A DNA stretch of 64,000 nucleotides from Candidatus Sericytochromatia bacterium (GCA_036676985.1 JAKFBU010000023.1:64001-128000), one strand, 5' to 3'; shown: positions 46,287 to 55,806, counted from the stretch's first letter. Made by a program: numbers and translations. The notes: generated by a model not told the origin, from the letters alone.

Positions 46287-47521
46287 GGGATCACGACATC
46301 GTCTGCCTGTCCATCACGCCCTGGGAGACCACCCTGCCCTCCTCGGGGCACTACCTGATGCGCGAGTTCGCGCGGCACAATCGGGTGCTGTTCGTGGACC
46401 ACCCGCTCACGCTCAAGGACTGCTGGACCTTTCGCAAGGACCCGGGCTCGGCCGAGCGTCTCAAGCGCACGTTCCGCCAGGCTCCGATCCTGCGCCGGGT
46501 GCCGGATGCCGAGCGCGAGATCTGGGTGCTCACGCCGCCCCCCATCCTGCCCAACGGCCTACCCACCGCCCTCTACGAGGTGGGGCTCAAGGCCTGCAGC
46601 TCGATGGTGGCGCGCTGCATCCGGCAGGCCATGCAGCGGATCGGCATGAAGCGCGTCCTGTACTGGGTCTCCTTCGACGTGCCCCTGGGCACCCGGCTGG
46701 TGGGCAAGCTCGGTGAGCGCATGGTGGTCTACCACTGCTTCGACGAGATCGCGGCCGAGCCCTACATCGCGCGGCATGGCAGCCGGCTCGAGCCCGAGCT
46801 GATGGCCAAGAGCGACGTGGTCTTCACGACGTCGCTCGGGCTGCAGCAGTCGCGGGCGGGACATCACCCGCACTGCCACTTCGTGCCGAACGGCGTGGAC
46901 TTCGGCCACTACGCCAAGGCCCTCGACCCGCACACCATGGTGCCCGACGACCTGGCGGCCATCCCGGGGCCCGTGGTGGGCTACCTCGGCAACTTCGAGA
47001 GCCGGATCGACTTCGAGCTCCTGGAGGGCATCGCGGCGGCTCGCCCGGACTGGTCCCTCGCGCTGGTGGGGCCCTCCAGGGGCATGTACACCCAGAAGCT
47101 AAGGGCGCTCGCCCGGTACCCCAACGTGCACGTGCTCGGGCCCAAGCCCGCGAGCGAGGGGCCGGGGTACCTCAAGGGCTTCGACGTGGGGCTCATCCCC
47201 TTCGTGCAGTCCGATCAGACCCGCGCCATCTATCCCTTGAAGCTCAACGAGTACCTGGCCGCCGGGCGCCCGGTGGTCAAGACGCCCTTCGCGCCGTTGC
47301 CCGAGTTCGAGGGCGTCACGTGGACCGCCGACGGGGTCTACGAGACGGTCCGCGCCATCGAGGAGGCCCTCGCCTCCCACCACCCCGAGGCGGTGCACGC
47401 GCGCCTGGAGCTCGCCAAGCACCACGACTGGGACGAGCGCGCCCAGGCCATGGGCCGCATCCTCGTCGATCGCCTGATTGCCCAGAATGCCCAGATGGTT
47501 TCAGGAGGGACTTCACGATGA
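46280..47521 (+). CDS. Glycosyltransferase, TuaH/GumK-like GT-B
   Basis: NRVLFVD, VYHCFDE, VPNGVDF, FDVGLIPF, YPLKLNEYLAAGRPVV. Confidence 0.88.
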   Translation: MLRDHDIVCLSITPWETTLPSSGHYLMREFARHNRVLFVDHPLTLKDCWTFRKDPGSAERLKRTFRQAPILRRVPDAEREIWVLTPPPILPNGLPTALYEVGLKACSSMVARCIRQAMQRIGMKRVLYWVSFDVPLGTRLVGKLGERMVVYHCFDEIAAEPYIARHGSRLEPELMAKSDVVFTTSLGLQQSRAGHHPHCHFVPNGVDFGHYAKALDPHTMVPDDLAAIPGPVVGYLGNFESRIDFELLEGIAAARPDWSLALVGPSRGMYTQKLRALARYPNVHVLGPKPASEGPGYLKGFDVGLIPFVQSDQTRAIYPLKLNEYLAAGRPVVKTPFAPLPEFEGVTWTADGVYETVRAIEEALASHHPEAVHARLELAKHHDWDERAQAMGRILVDRLIAQNAQMVSGGTSR

Positions 47522-48384
47522 GCCTGCCGTTGCTGTCCATCATCGTCGTCAACTGGAACACCCGCGAGGTGCTGCGGCGCTGCCTGGAGAGCGTCCAGCA
47601 GGAGACGCTCACGCCCTACGAGCTGTGGGTGGTCGACAACGGCTCGACCGACGGCAGCCCGGAGATGGTGGCGGCAGATTTCCCCGACGTCCACCTGATC
47701 GCCAACCACGAGAACCTGGGCTTCGCCGCGGCCAACAACCAGGCGCTCCTGCAGGCCAAGGGACGTTACCACCTCTTGCTCAACTCGGACACCGTCGTCT
47801 TGGACCATGCCCTCGATCGCATGGTCGCCTTCTTGGAGAATCGCCCCGAGGTGGGCGCCCTCGGCAGCAAGCTATTGAACGCCGACTACACGCTGCAGCC
47901 CTCGGCGCACAACTTCTACAGCACGCTGGGCTCCTTGGTCGAGAACAACCTGGTCCGGCTCTTCTGGAAGCAGAAGAAGGCCAACACCCGCTTCTTGACC
48001 TTCTGGGACCACTCGAGCACCCGTCCGGTCGACTGGGTGACGGGCGCCTGCCTCATGGTGCGGCAAGAGATCACGGAGACGGTGGGGCTCTTGGACGAGA
48101 GCTTCTTCATGTACGGCGAGGAGATCGACTGGCAGATGCGCATGGCCAAGGCCGGCTTCCCGGTCTGGTACCTGCACTCGGCCGAGATCATCCACCTGGG
48201 CGGAGCGAGCTCCGCGCGCATCCCCGAGCGCATGCGCCGCCAGGAGTACCTGAGTCGCAAGATCCTCATCGACAAGCACTACGGGCGGGTCACGCGCGCC
48301 ATCTTCCACGCCAAGACGGCGCTCGGAATCGCCTTCTGGCAGACGCTCAACGGCCTGAGGGGACGCAAGGTCTCTTGGGGCTAA
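47518..48384 (+). CDS. Glycosyltransferase family 2 (WbbL-like)
   Basis: IIVVNWN, VVDNGSTDGS, NLGFAAANN, LLLNSD, VDWVTGACLM, FFMYGEEID. Confidence 0.9.
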   Translation: MSLPLLSIIVVNWNTREVLRRCLESVQQETLTPYELWVVDNGSTDGSPEMVAADFPDVHLIANHENLGFAAANNQALLQAKGRYHLLLNSDTVVLDHALDRMVAFLENRPEVGALGSKLLNADYTLQPSAHNFYSTLGSLVENNLVRLFWKQKKANTRFLTFWDHSSTRPVDWVTGACLMVRQEITETVGLLDESFFMYGEEIDWQMRMAKAGFPVWYLHSAEIIHLGGASSARIPERMRRQEYLSRKILIDKHYGRVTRAIFHAKTALGIAFWQTLNGLRGRKVSWG

Positions 48385-48397
48385 CGCCCAGCCCTCC

Positions 48398-48424
48398 GGC
48401 CTGGCTTTTCGCCAGGCCTTTTTT
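48398..48424 (+). terminator. Rho-independent terminator ending the polysaccharide operon
   Basis: GGCCTGGC-ttttc-GCCAGGCC followed by TTTTTT. Confidence 0.85.
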
Positions 48425-48435
48425 CGTCGCCGGAG

Positions 48436-48464
48436 TTGCTAACTAACGTTCGTTAGTTTAATCT
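48436..48464 (+). promoter_or_regulatory. TetR promoter with palindromic operator in the spacer
   Basis: TTGCTA-N17-TAATCT containing AACTAACG-tt-CGTTAGTT (48441-48458). Confidence 0.8.
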
Positions 48465-48500
48465 GGCTTTCGGGTAGGCTACCCCTAGGAGGTCGTCCGC

Positions 48501-49127
48501 ATGTCCGCCGTCTCACCCCGCATCCCGACCAAGCAACGTCTCTTCGAGACGGCCGTCGAGCTCTTCTCCCGCGACGGGTACAGCGGCGTCTCCGTGCGCG
48601 ACCTGGTGGGAGCCGTCGGCATCAAGGAGAGCTCGTTCTACAACCACTTCAAGAGCAAGGACGACGTGCTGGTCGCCATCTACGACCACTTCCGGGACCA
48701 GATGGCGCAGCTGGCTCCGCCCGAGGGCCTGCAAGAGCGTCTCGCGGCGATCCCACCCGAGACCGTGCTCGCCGCCGGCCTGCAGCGCTTCATGGAGGTC
48801 GCCGACACCCCGCTCATGACCCGCATCTACCGGATCATCGTCGTCGAGCAGTTCCGGGACCCGCGGGCCCGCGACCTCATGCTCGGCCTCTACGAGGCTC
48901 CGCTCGCCCAGATGCAGGGCCTCTTCGCGGGGATGGCCGCCGGGCGCCCGGAGCTTGCCCGCCAGCTCGCCACGTCCTACCAGTACGCGCTCCACGCGCT
49001 GGTCGCCGAGTTCAGCCTGCTCAAGCAGTACGACGCCGACACCGTGCCCGTGCAGGCGCGCCTCCAGGCCCACATCAACCTCTTCGGACACCTCACGGCT
49101 GCTATCACGGGAGGAACGACCCTATGA
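48501..49127 (+). CDS. TetR/AcrR family transcriptional regulator
   Basis: ELFSRDGYSGVSVRDLVGAVGIKESSFYNHFKSKDD helix-turn-helix. Confidence 0.93.
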   Translation: MSAVSPRIPTKQRLFETAVELFSRDGYSGVSVRDLVGAVGIKESSFYNHFKSKDDVLVAIYDHFRDQMAQLAPPEGLQERLAAIPPETVLAAGLQRFMEVADTPLMTRIYRIIVVEQFRDPRARDLMLGLYEAPLAQMQGLFAGMAAGRPELARQLATSYQYALHALVAEFSLLKQYDADTVPVQARLQAHINLFGHLTAAITGGTTL

Positions 49128-50068
49128 CCCGCACGACCCGCCTGACCTCGATCGCCGTCGGTCTGGCCGCCCTGTTCGCCCAACCGGCGCGCGCCGAGGT
49201 CGCCTCCATCTACCTCACGCCCGCCAACGAGGCCAAGATCATGGCCCTCTACGACGCGAAGCTCGCCAAGTGGCCTGTCCCTTACGAGTCGGTCTCCGTG
49301 CCCACCCGATACGGCCGCACCCACGTCCTCGCGTCCGGGCCCAAGGAGGCTCCGCCCTTGCTCCTGCTCCACGCCATGGGGGTCACGGGAACCATGTGGC
49401 AGCCCAACGTCGAAGCCCTCAGCCGGGACTTCCGGGTGTACGCGGTGGACACCATCGGAGACCTGGGCAAGAGCACGCTCGACGACCTCTCCAAGTACCC
49501 CAGCGACAGCAAGGCCTATAGCGCCTGGCTCGGCGACGTCCTCGACGGGCTCGGGCTAGCCCAAGCCAACGTCGTCGGCGCCTCCATGGGGGGCTGGATC
49601 GCCATGAACCTGACGCGCGACCTGCCCCAACGCGTCCGGCGGCTGGCGCTGGTCGGCCCCATGGGGCTCAACTCCGCGTGGGACGTGCTGTTCCGCATGA
49701 GCTGGTTGGTGCTCTTCCCCACCAAGGGCAACAAGGACGGCTTCACGCGCTGGGTGCTGGGCGACAACCCGGTCGTCTACGACGCCTTCGGCGAATACAT
49801 GAACACGGCCCTCGATTGCCGGATGAAGCTCGGCACCCCCACGGTCCTCAAGGACGAGGAGCTGGCCCAGGTCAGGGTCCCGACGCTCGTCTTGCTGGGG
49901 GGCAAGGATTCGACCATCGGCGACGCCCAAAAGGCCGCCGAGCGCGCCAAGCGCCACATGCCCCAGGCCGAGACGGAGATCTTTCCCGCGTCGGGGCACC
50001 TGATCAACACCGAGCACCCGGCAGAGGTCAGCGAGCGCCTCCGGGGCTTCTTCCGGGCGGGATCCTAG
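49124..50068 (+). CDS. Secreted alpha/beta hydrolase (carboxylesterase-like)
   Basis: Signal peptide ..PARA; LLLLH, nucleophile GASMGG, GKD acid, SGH. Confidence 0.88.
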   Translation: MTRTTRLTSIAVGLAALFAQPARAEVASIYLTPANEAKIMALYDAKLAKWPVPYESVSVPTRYGRTHVLASGPKEAPPLLLLHAMGVTGTMWQPNVEALSRDFRVYAVDTIGDLGKSTLDDLSKYPSDSKAYSAWLGDVLDGLGLAQANVVGASMGGWIAMNLTRDLPQRVRRLALVGPMGLNSAWDVLFRMSWLVLFPTKGNKDGFTRWVLGDNPVVYDAFGEYMNTALDCRMKLGTPTVLKDEELAQVRVPTLVLLGGKDSTIGDAQKAAERAKRHMPQAETEIFPASGHLINTEHPAEVSERLRGFFRAGS

Positions 50069-50192
50069 GCCGGAGCGAGTCCGCGGGCGCTTGCGGCCCG
50101 CGGGCTCCAATAAGCAGGCGAGCATGAAGCGGCAAGACGGTGTAAACTAAAGGGGTTTGCCCTGATGCGACCCCAACAAGGAGGGCTCCGCC

Positions 50193-51983
50193 TTGACCCA
50201 GACCGTTCAGAAGCCTTCGGCTCGCGCCAACGCCGGCGCGACCTTCGATTTGACCGCGCTCGAGACGTCCATCCGCGAGTTCAACCAGCGCGGCCAGGTG
50301 GGCGCCGATCCCGTGACCGCCCTGTACCAGAGCCGCCGCAGCGCCTGGTCGCTGTTCTCGCTCGGCCTGCGCGACGAGGAGATCGAGGCGCTTCGCTCCT
50401 ACCTCTTCCCCTACACCAAGCTGCCCGCGAGCACCGCGGACGCGCCCATCCCGACCCGCAACTTCATCGCGGGCGAGTGGCGCCTGCCCTCCAACGGCAA
50501 GCTCGTCACGCTGAACACCCTGTGGGACGACCGGATCCCCTTCGCCCAGGTGCCCGACAGCCAGCCCGAGGACGTGGAGCTCGCCGTCGCCTACGCCCAT
50601 GACTTCTGGAAGAGCCTGGAGTGGACCGAGGAGACGGTCCAGTACCGCAAGTTCGTCGTCAACAACTTCAGCCGCATCCTCGAGTACTACTACGAAGAGG
50701 TCATGGCCGAGATCCGGCACGAGATCCCCAAGACTCGCCTCGAGGGCGACAAGGACTACTGGGAGGCCAAGCGCGCGGCCGATCACATCGGCGGCAACGC
50801 GGACAAGGGCATGCTCGGCGAGTGGCTGCCCAACCAGGTAGACGGCCACTCCTACTGGAAGAACCCGTACCTCCCGGCGGGCGTGGTGGCGCTGGTGACG
50901 CCCATGAACTTCATCTACGGCATCCCCGTGATCCAGCTCATCGGCGCCTACATGGCCAACGCCCCGCTCATCTTCAAGGGCCACCCCTACGGAGCCGTCT
51001 CGAGCACCGTCATGATCCGCATGCTGCTCGCCGCGGGCGCCGATCCGCGCGCCGTCCAGAAGCTCGAGGGCTTCGGCGCGGGCATCTCGACCTTGGGCAC
51101 CGACGAGCGCGTCGCCGTCGTGTCGCTGACGGGCTCGGAGCACACGGCCCGCAAGATCCAGGAAGGCCGCGGCATCCGCACCCTCAAGTTCGAGGGCGGC
51201 GGCTGCAACTGGGCCTGGATCGACGACGGCTACTCGGACGAGGAGCTCCAGAAGATCGCCGTGCGGCTCACCTACAGCAAGCTCGGCTTCAGCTCGCACA
51301 AGTGCACGACCCTGCACGGCATCGCGGCCTCGCCCGCGACCCTCGCCAAGGTCATGGGCTACGTCAACGCCGAGATGGACACCTGGGAGATCCTGAACCC
51401 CGCCTTCACGGACAAGACCAAGGTGATCGGCCCCAACATGGTCCACAAGGCCCAGACCGTCACCAACATCCAGGAGGGCGCCAAGCAGGCCGGCCTCAAG
51501 ATCCTGCGCGAAGGCGGCAAGGTCTCGGGCAGCGCCTGCGGCTACAACGTGGCTTCGGACTACGCGGACCACTCCGAGGTCATCGCGCCGGTGATCGTCC
51601 AGGTCACGCCGGACGCCATGGTCACGGCGGACTGGGACGGCAAGGGCGAGCAGACGTTCCCCATCGCCACCACCGAGTTCTTCATGCCCATCCTCTGCGC
51701 CATGGAGATGGCGTCCTTCGAGGACTTCCTGCGGTTCTGCCTGATCACCAACCCGCACGACCTCGCCTGCTCCATCTGGACCCGCGACGATCGCAAGCTC
51801 CAGAAGGCCCGCAAGGTCATCGGCGGCATGCTCAAGGAGAATGACGGCACCGACTCGGCCCTCGAGTGGGAGGAGTTTGGCGCGTCGGGCATCGGCGGCT
51901 CCGGGAACACCGGCGTGGGCGATGCGGCGGCCACCATCGCCATGTTCTGCCGGCGCCAGAAGGGCCGTCACCTGGTCTTCTAG
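50193..51983 (+). CDS. Aldehyde dehydrogenase, divergent; probable P5C/glutamate-semialdehyde dehydrogenase (ALDH12-like)
   Basis: NFIAGEW, TPMNF, SLTGS, FEGGG (catalytic Glu), SHKCT (catalytic Cys), TEFFMP, FGASGIGGSG. Confidence 0.8.
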   Translation: MTQTVQKPSARANAGATFDLTALETSIREFNQRGQVGADPVTALYQSRRSAWSLFSLGLRDEEIEALRSYLFPYTKLPASTADAPIPTRNFIAGEWRLPSNGKLVTLNTLWDDRIPFAQVPDSQPEDVELAVAYAHDFWKSLEWTEETVQYRKFVVNNFSRILEYYYEEVMAEIRHEIPKTRLEGDKDYWEAKRAADHIGGNADKGMLGEWLPNQVDGHSYWKNPYLPAGVVALVTPMNFIYGIPVIQLIGAYMANAPLIFKGHPYGAVSSTVMIRMLLAAGADPRAVQKLEGFGAGISTLGTDERVAVVSLTGSEHTARKIQEGRGIRTLKFEGGGCNWAWIDDGYSDEELQKIAVRLTYSKLGFSSHKCTTLHGIAASPATLAKVMGYVNAEMDTWEILNPAFTDKTKVIGPNMVHKAQTVTNIQEGAKQAGLKILREGGKVSGSACGYNVASDYADHSEVIAPVIVQVTPDAMVTADWDGKGEQTFPIATTEFFMPILCAMEMASFEDFLRFCLITNPHDLACSIWTRDDRKLQKARKVIGGMLKENDGTDSALEWEEFGASGIGGSGNTGVGDAAATIAMFCRRQKGRHLVF

Positions 51984-51998
51984 GCCCGAGACCTCGCG

Positions 51999-52025
51999 AG
52001 GGGGCGCCCGATGGGCGCCCCCTTC
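51999..52025 (+). terminator. Terminator-like hairpin
   Basis: AGGGGGCGCCC-gat-GGGCGCCCCCT followed by TCTG. Confidence 0.65.
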
Positions 52026-52109
52026 TGCTGTCGGTGGGCGATCGCTCGGAACCCGACAGCGATCGCATCTTCATAGAACTTAACGTAGTTTCGTGATACA
52101 CTGACGCCC

Positions 52110-52496
52110 ATGAAGCCACTCAAGATTCTCGTCGCCGATGACGTCACGGACAACGCCGAAATCCTGAACATCATGCTGGGCCGCCTGGGCCACCAGGTCG
52201 TGACGGCCTCGGATGCCCCCACCGCCGAGCAACTGGCCCTGGAGCACGCCCCGGACGTCGTGTTCATGGACATCGTCATGCCCGGGGCCTTCGACGGGCT
52301 CGAGGCCATCCGCCGCCTGCGCCAGCGCCATGGCTTTCGTGGTATCATCGTCTGCCAGACGGCCCAGGCGAGCCCCGGAAACGTGGCCGAGGCCCTGACG
52401 GCCGGGGCCGACACCTGCCTGACCAAGCCGTTCAAGTACAAGGACGTGCTCAGTCTGATCGAGCGCTATACGGTGAGTTTCGCCAGAGAAGGATAG
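52110..52496 (+). CDS. Single-domain response regulator (CheY-like)
   Basis: ILVADD, PDVVFMDIVMP, QTA and LTKP: all active-site residues intact. Confidence 0.9.
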   Translation: MKPLKILVADDVTDNAEILNIMLGRLGHQVVTASDAPTAEQLALEHAPDVVFMDIVMPGAFDGLEAIRRLRQRHGFRGIIVCQTAQASPGNVAEALTAGADTCLTKPFKYKDVLSLIERYTVSFAREG

Positions 52497-53189
52497 ATGT
52501 GCGGACGCTTTAGCCTGTCGGTCTCCCTCGAGCTCCTGGAAGGGGCGTTCGAGCTGACGGGCCTCCCCGAGCACTCCCCCCGCTACAACGTCGCGCCCGC
52601 GCAGCCCGTGGCCCTCATCCGCCGCCCCACCCCCACTTCCGAGCGGCAGTGGGACCGGCTCAGCTGGGGCCTCTTGCCCGCCTGGGCCAAGGACCCCAAG
52701 GTCCATCGCCCCATCAACGCCCGGACCGACACGGTCGCCGAGAAGCCGACGTTCCGGTCCGCCTTCCGCCAGCGCCGGTGCCTGGTGCCGGCGGACGCCT
52801 TCTTCGAGTGGCAGACGCAGGGCAGCAAGAAGCAGCCCTTCTGCTTCCGGATGGCGGATCACGGCCTGTTCGCCTTCGGCGGCCTCTGGGAGCGCTGGGA
52901 GGGGCCAGAGGGCCAGGTCATCGAGACCTTCAACCTCTTGACCACCGAGCCCAACGAGCTGGTCGCCACGGTCCACGATCGCATGCCCGTCATCATCCGC
53001 CCGGCGGACTACGACCGCTGGTTGGACCCCGCTGTACGCGATCCGGCGGCCATCTTCGGCATGATCGGCTCCTACCCCGCCCGCGCCATGATCGCCTATC
53101 CGGTCGATCAACGGGTCGGCTCCGTGCAGTTCGACGCTCCGGAGTGCCTCGTGCCCATCGAGGCCAAGGGCCAGCTCTCCCTGTTTTGA
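52497..53189 (+). CDS. SRAP (SOS response-associated peptidase, YedK/HMCES) abasic-site protein
   Basis: N-terminal MCGRF, RYNVAP, WGL, INAR, RCLVPADAFFEW, HDRMP. Confidence 0.93.
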   Translation: MCGRFSLSVSLELLEGAFELTGLPEHSPRYNVAPAQPVALIRRPTPTSERQWDRLSWGLLPAWAKDPKVHRPINARTDTVAEKPTFRSAFRQRRCLVPADAFFEWQTQGSKKQPFCFRMADHGLFAFGGLWERWEGPEGQVIETFNLLTTEPNELVATVHDRMPVIIRPADYDRWLDPAVRDPAAIFGMIGSYPARAMIAYPVDQRVGSVQFDAPECLVPIEAKGQLSLF

Positions 53190-53260
53190 TCGCTTGACGC
53201 TAGCTGCGGCCTCGCCGCGGCGGTTATCCTGGTCCGGGAAGCCGCCACCCCGAGGTGCCC

Positions 53261-53683
53261 ATGGCCAAGGTGTTGTGCGTCAACGACTTCAAGCTCTACT
53301 CCGAGATGGTTTCCTTGATGCTCCAGCGCAAGGGAGGCCATGTCGTCCGCACCGAGATCGTGCCCTTCGCCCTGCGCGAGATCGAGGAGTTCGAGCCGGA
53401 CGTCATCGTCCTCAACATGGTGCGCAAGATGGAGGCCCTGCGCTCTCCGTTGGCCGATTTCTACGCGGAGGTCGACGGCGCACGGGCGTTCCGGGCGCTC
53501 GCCCAGCGCGAGGACCTGCACCGATACCCGATCATCCTCACGGCGATCGCCGTCGAAGAGCGCGAGGTCCCCAAGGTCCTCCCCTACCTCGCCTTCATCG
53601 AGGTCCCCGGCAAGATCGACCAGATGCTGGACATCATCGATCGCATCGTGGCCAGTCGGGGGTCGGATCTCGCCCCGGAGTAG
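53261..53683 (+). CDS. Pseudo-receiver domain protein A
   Basis: Receiver-like pattern (KVLCVND, PDVIVLN, VDG, PIILT, FIEVP) with Asp->Asn and Lys->Val. Confidence 0.75.
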   Translation: MAKVLCVNDFKLYSEMVSLMLQRKGGHVVRTEIVPFALREIEEFEPDVIVLNMVRKMEALRSPLADFYAEVDGARAFRALAQREDLHRYPIILTAIAVEEREVPKVLPYLAFIEVPGKIDQMLDIIDRIVASRGSDLAPE

Positions 53684-53701
53684 GCCGCGCGGAGGGTGGA
53701 G

Positions 53702-54124
53702 ATGGCCAAAGTGCTCTGCATCGGCGACTTCAGGCTCTACGCCGAGATGATCGCGCTGCTGCTCGAACAACAGGGGCCGCATGAGGTCGAGGTGGAGATC
53801 GTGCCCTTCGACCTCGACGTCATCGAGCGTTTCAAACCGGACGTCCTCATCGTCAACCTGGCGCGCAAGATCGAGGCGGTTGGCGCGCCCCTGCAGGACT
53901 TCTACACGGAAGTGGACGGCGCCAAGACGCTCAAGGCGCTGCAGACCAATCCCTCCCTGCAGCAATATCCCCTGCTCATCACGGCCATCGCCGTCGAGGA
54001 GCGGGAGCTGCCGAGGGGCTTCCGCTACCTCGCCTTCCTCGAGGTTCCGAGCAAGTTCGACTACCTGCTCGAAACCATCGACCGCATCGCCGCGAGCCGC
54101 GGCCACGGCCTCGCCCGCGAGTAG
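53702..54124 (+). CDS. Pseudo-receiver domain protein B (tandem paralogue)
   Basis: KVLCIGD, PDVLIVN, DFYTEVDGA, PLLIT, FLEVP; colinear with the preceding ORF. Confidence 0.75.
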   Translation: MAKVLCIGDFRLYAEMIALLLEQQGPHEVEVEIVPFDLDVIERFKPDVLIVNLARKIEAVGAPLQDFYTEVDGAKTLKALQTNPSLQQYPLLITAIAVEERELPRGFRYLAFLEVPSKFDYLLETIDRIAASRGHGLARE

Positions 54125-54222
54125 CGCCATCGGCCCAAGGAAGTTTGGGCAGCATGGGGTTAGGCAAATCTCTCGCCCTCCCGGACGATGGTGGGGACAT
54201 CCCGACCGATCGAGGAGGAGCG

Positions 54223-54498
54223 ATGGCGTTTCTCATCCCGCACAACGAGCCCTCCATGACCTTGACCCTGGACCTGCACGAGGCCCTGCTCATCGTGGAC
54301 GCGCTCATGGAGCGGCGCAAGGAGCGATTCGGGCAGCCCTTTCCGGACGGCGCCGAGGTCACCTTCGAGGACCTCGTCGCGGCGGTCGGCACCGAGGAGG
54401 ACGCCGAGGACTTCCTGGCGATGATGGAGCTCGAGTCGGCCGTCATCGAGGCCCTCCAGATCTTCGAGGAGGAGGACGACGACGCGGACGAGGAGTAG
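54223..54498 (+). CDS. Small very acidic hypothetical protein (91 aa)
   Basis: RBS GAGGAGGAG; D/E-rich with tail EEEDDDADEE. Confidence 0.72.
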   Translation: MAFLIPHNEPSMTLTLDLHEALLIVDALMERRKERFGQPFPDGAEVTFEDLVAAVGTEEDAEDFLAMMELESAVIEALQIFEEEDDDADEE

Positions 54499-54583
54499 GC
54501 CCGTGGGGTGGCGCTCCGGCTCTGATCGCGCTATCGTAGTAGCAGCCACAGGTTGAGCGCGACGAACGCCGAAAGGACCCCCC

Positions 54584-55795
54584 ATGAACGATCTGGCCAA
54601 CGCCCTCCACACGTCCGATTACATCGCCAAGGAAGAGCGCTTCGGCGCCCACAACTACCATCCGCTGGATCTCGTCATCGAGTCCGGCCAGGGCGTGTGG
54701 CTCTACGACGTCGAGGGCCGCCGCTTCATGGACTTCCTGAGCGCCTACTCCTCGGTCAACCAGGGCCACTGCCACCCGCGCATCCTCGAGGCCCTCAAGA
54801 GCCAGGCCGAGCGCGTGACCATCACCTCGCGCGCCTTCCGCAACGACCAGCTCCCGCTCCTCTACGAGCAGCTCGTCGAGCTGTCGGGCTTCGAGCGCGT
54901 GCTGCCCATGAACACGGGCGCCGAGGCCATCGAGACGGCCATCAAGGCGGTCCGCAAGTGGGGCTACCAGGTCAAGGGCATCCCCGCGGACCAGGCCGAG
55001 ATCATCGTGTGCGCCAACAACTTCCACGGCCGCACCACCACCATCACGGGCTTCTCGACCGAGCCGAGCTACCGGGAGGGCTTCGGCCCCTTCACGCCGG
55101 GCTTCAAGATCGTGCCCTTCGGCGATCTCGCGGCGCTCGAGGCGGCCATCACGCCCAACACCTGCGCCTTCTTGACCGAGCCCATCCAGGCCGAGGCGGG
55201 CGTGCTGATTCCGACCGCCGGCTACCTCAAGGGCGTGCGCGAGCTCTGCGACAAGCACAACGTGCTGTTCATTGCCGACGAGATCCAGACGGGCCTCGGC
55301 CGCACGGGCAAGCTCTTCGCCTTCGAGCACGAGGGCGTGCGGCCCGACGTGCTGGTGCTGGGCAAGGCGCTGTCGGGCGGCTTCTACCCGGTGTCGGCCA
55401 TGCTCGCCAACAGCGCGGTCATGGACGTGTTCAAGCCGGGTCAGCACGGCTCGACCTTCGGGGGCAATCCGCTGGGGTGCGCCGTCGCGCGCGCGGCGCT
55501 GTCGGTCCTGGTCGACGAGAAGCTGGTCGAGCGCTCCGCCGAGCGTGGCGCCTACTTCATGGACAAGCTCAAGAGCCTCAAGAGCCCCCTCATCAAGGAC
55601 ATCCGCGGCCGCGGCCTCCTGTTCGGCATCGAGCTCACGGAGTCGGCTCGCCCCTACTGCGAGCGCCTGATGGCCGAGGGGCTCCTCTGCAAGGAGACCC
55701 ACGACACCGTCATCCGCCTGGCGCCTCCGCTCGTCATCGGCCAGGAGGAGATCGACTGGGCCTTCGAGCGGATCAAGAAGGTCCTCGAAGCGTAA
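54584..55795 (+). CDS. rocD: Ornithine--oxo-acid aminotransferase
   Basis: [70 protein letters not shown]. Confidence 0.96.
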   Translation: MNDLANALHTSDYIAKEERFGAHNYHPLDLVIESGQGVWLYDVEGRRFMDFLSAYSSVNQGHCHPRILEALKSQAERVTITSRAFRNDQLPLLYEQLVELSGFERVLPMNTGAEAIETAIKAVRKWGYQVKGIPADQAEIIVCANNFHGRTTTITGFSTEPSYREGFGPFTPGFKIVPFGDLAALEAAITPNTCAFLTEPIQAEAGVLIPTAGYLKGVRELCDKHNVLFIADEIQTGLGRTGKLFAFEHEGVRPDVLVLGKALSGGFYPVSAMLANSAVMDVFKPGQHGSTFGGNPLGCAVARAALSVLVDEKLVERSAERGAYFMDKLKSLKSPLIKDIRGRGLLFGIELTESARPYCERLMAEGLLCKETHDTVIRLAPPLVIGQEEIDWAFERIKKVLEA

Positions 55796-55806
55796 CGCCC
55801 CACGTC

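Noticed and set aside
52070-52109. Possible LexA box (AACT-N6-AGTT) upstream of the receiver-SRAP pair
   Set aside because: It does not match the GAAC-N4-GTTC, CTGT-N8-ACAG or cyanobacterial LexA consensus, and it is too short to be significant.
5766-53189. Many DNA-repair genes (recQ, mutS, uvrC-like, mazG, mfd, SRAP) as a repair or defence island
   Set aside because: They are dispersed among unrelated housekeeping genes with uniform composition and no mobility signatures.
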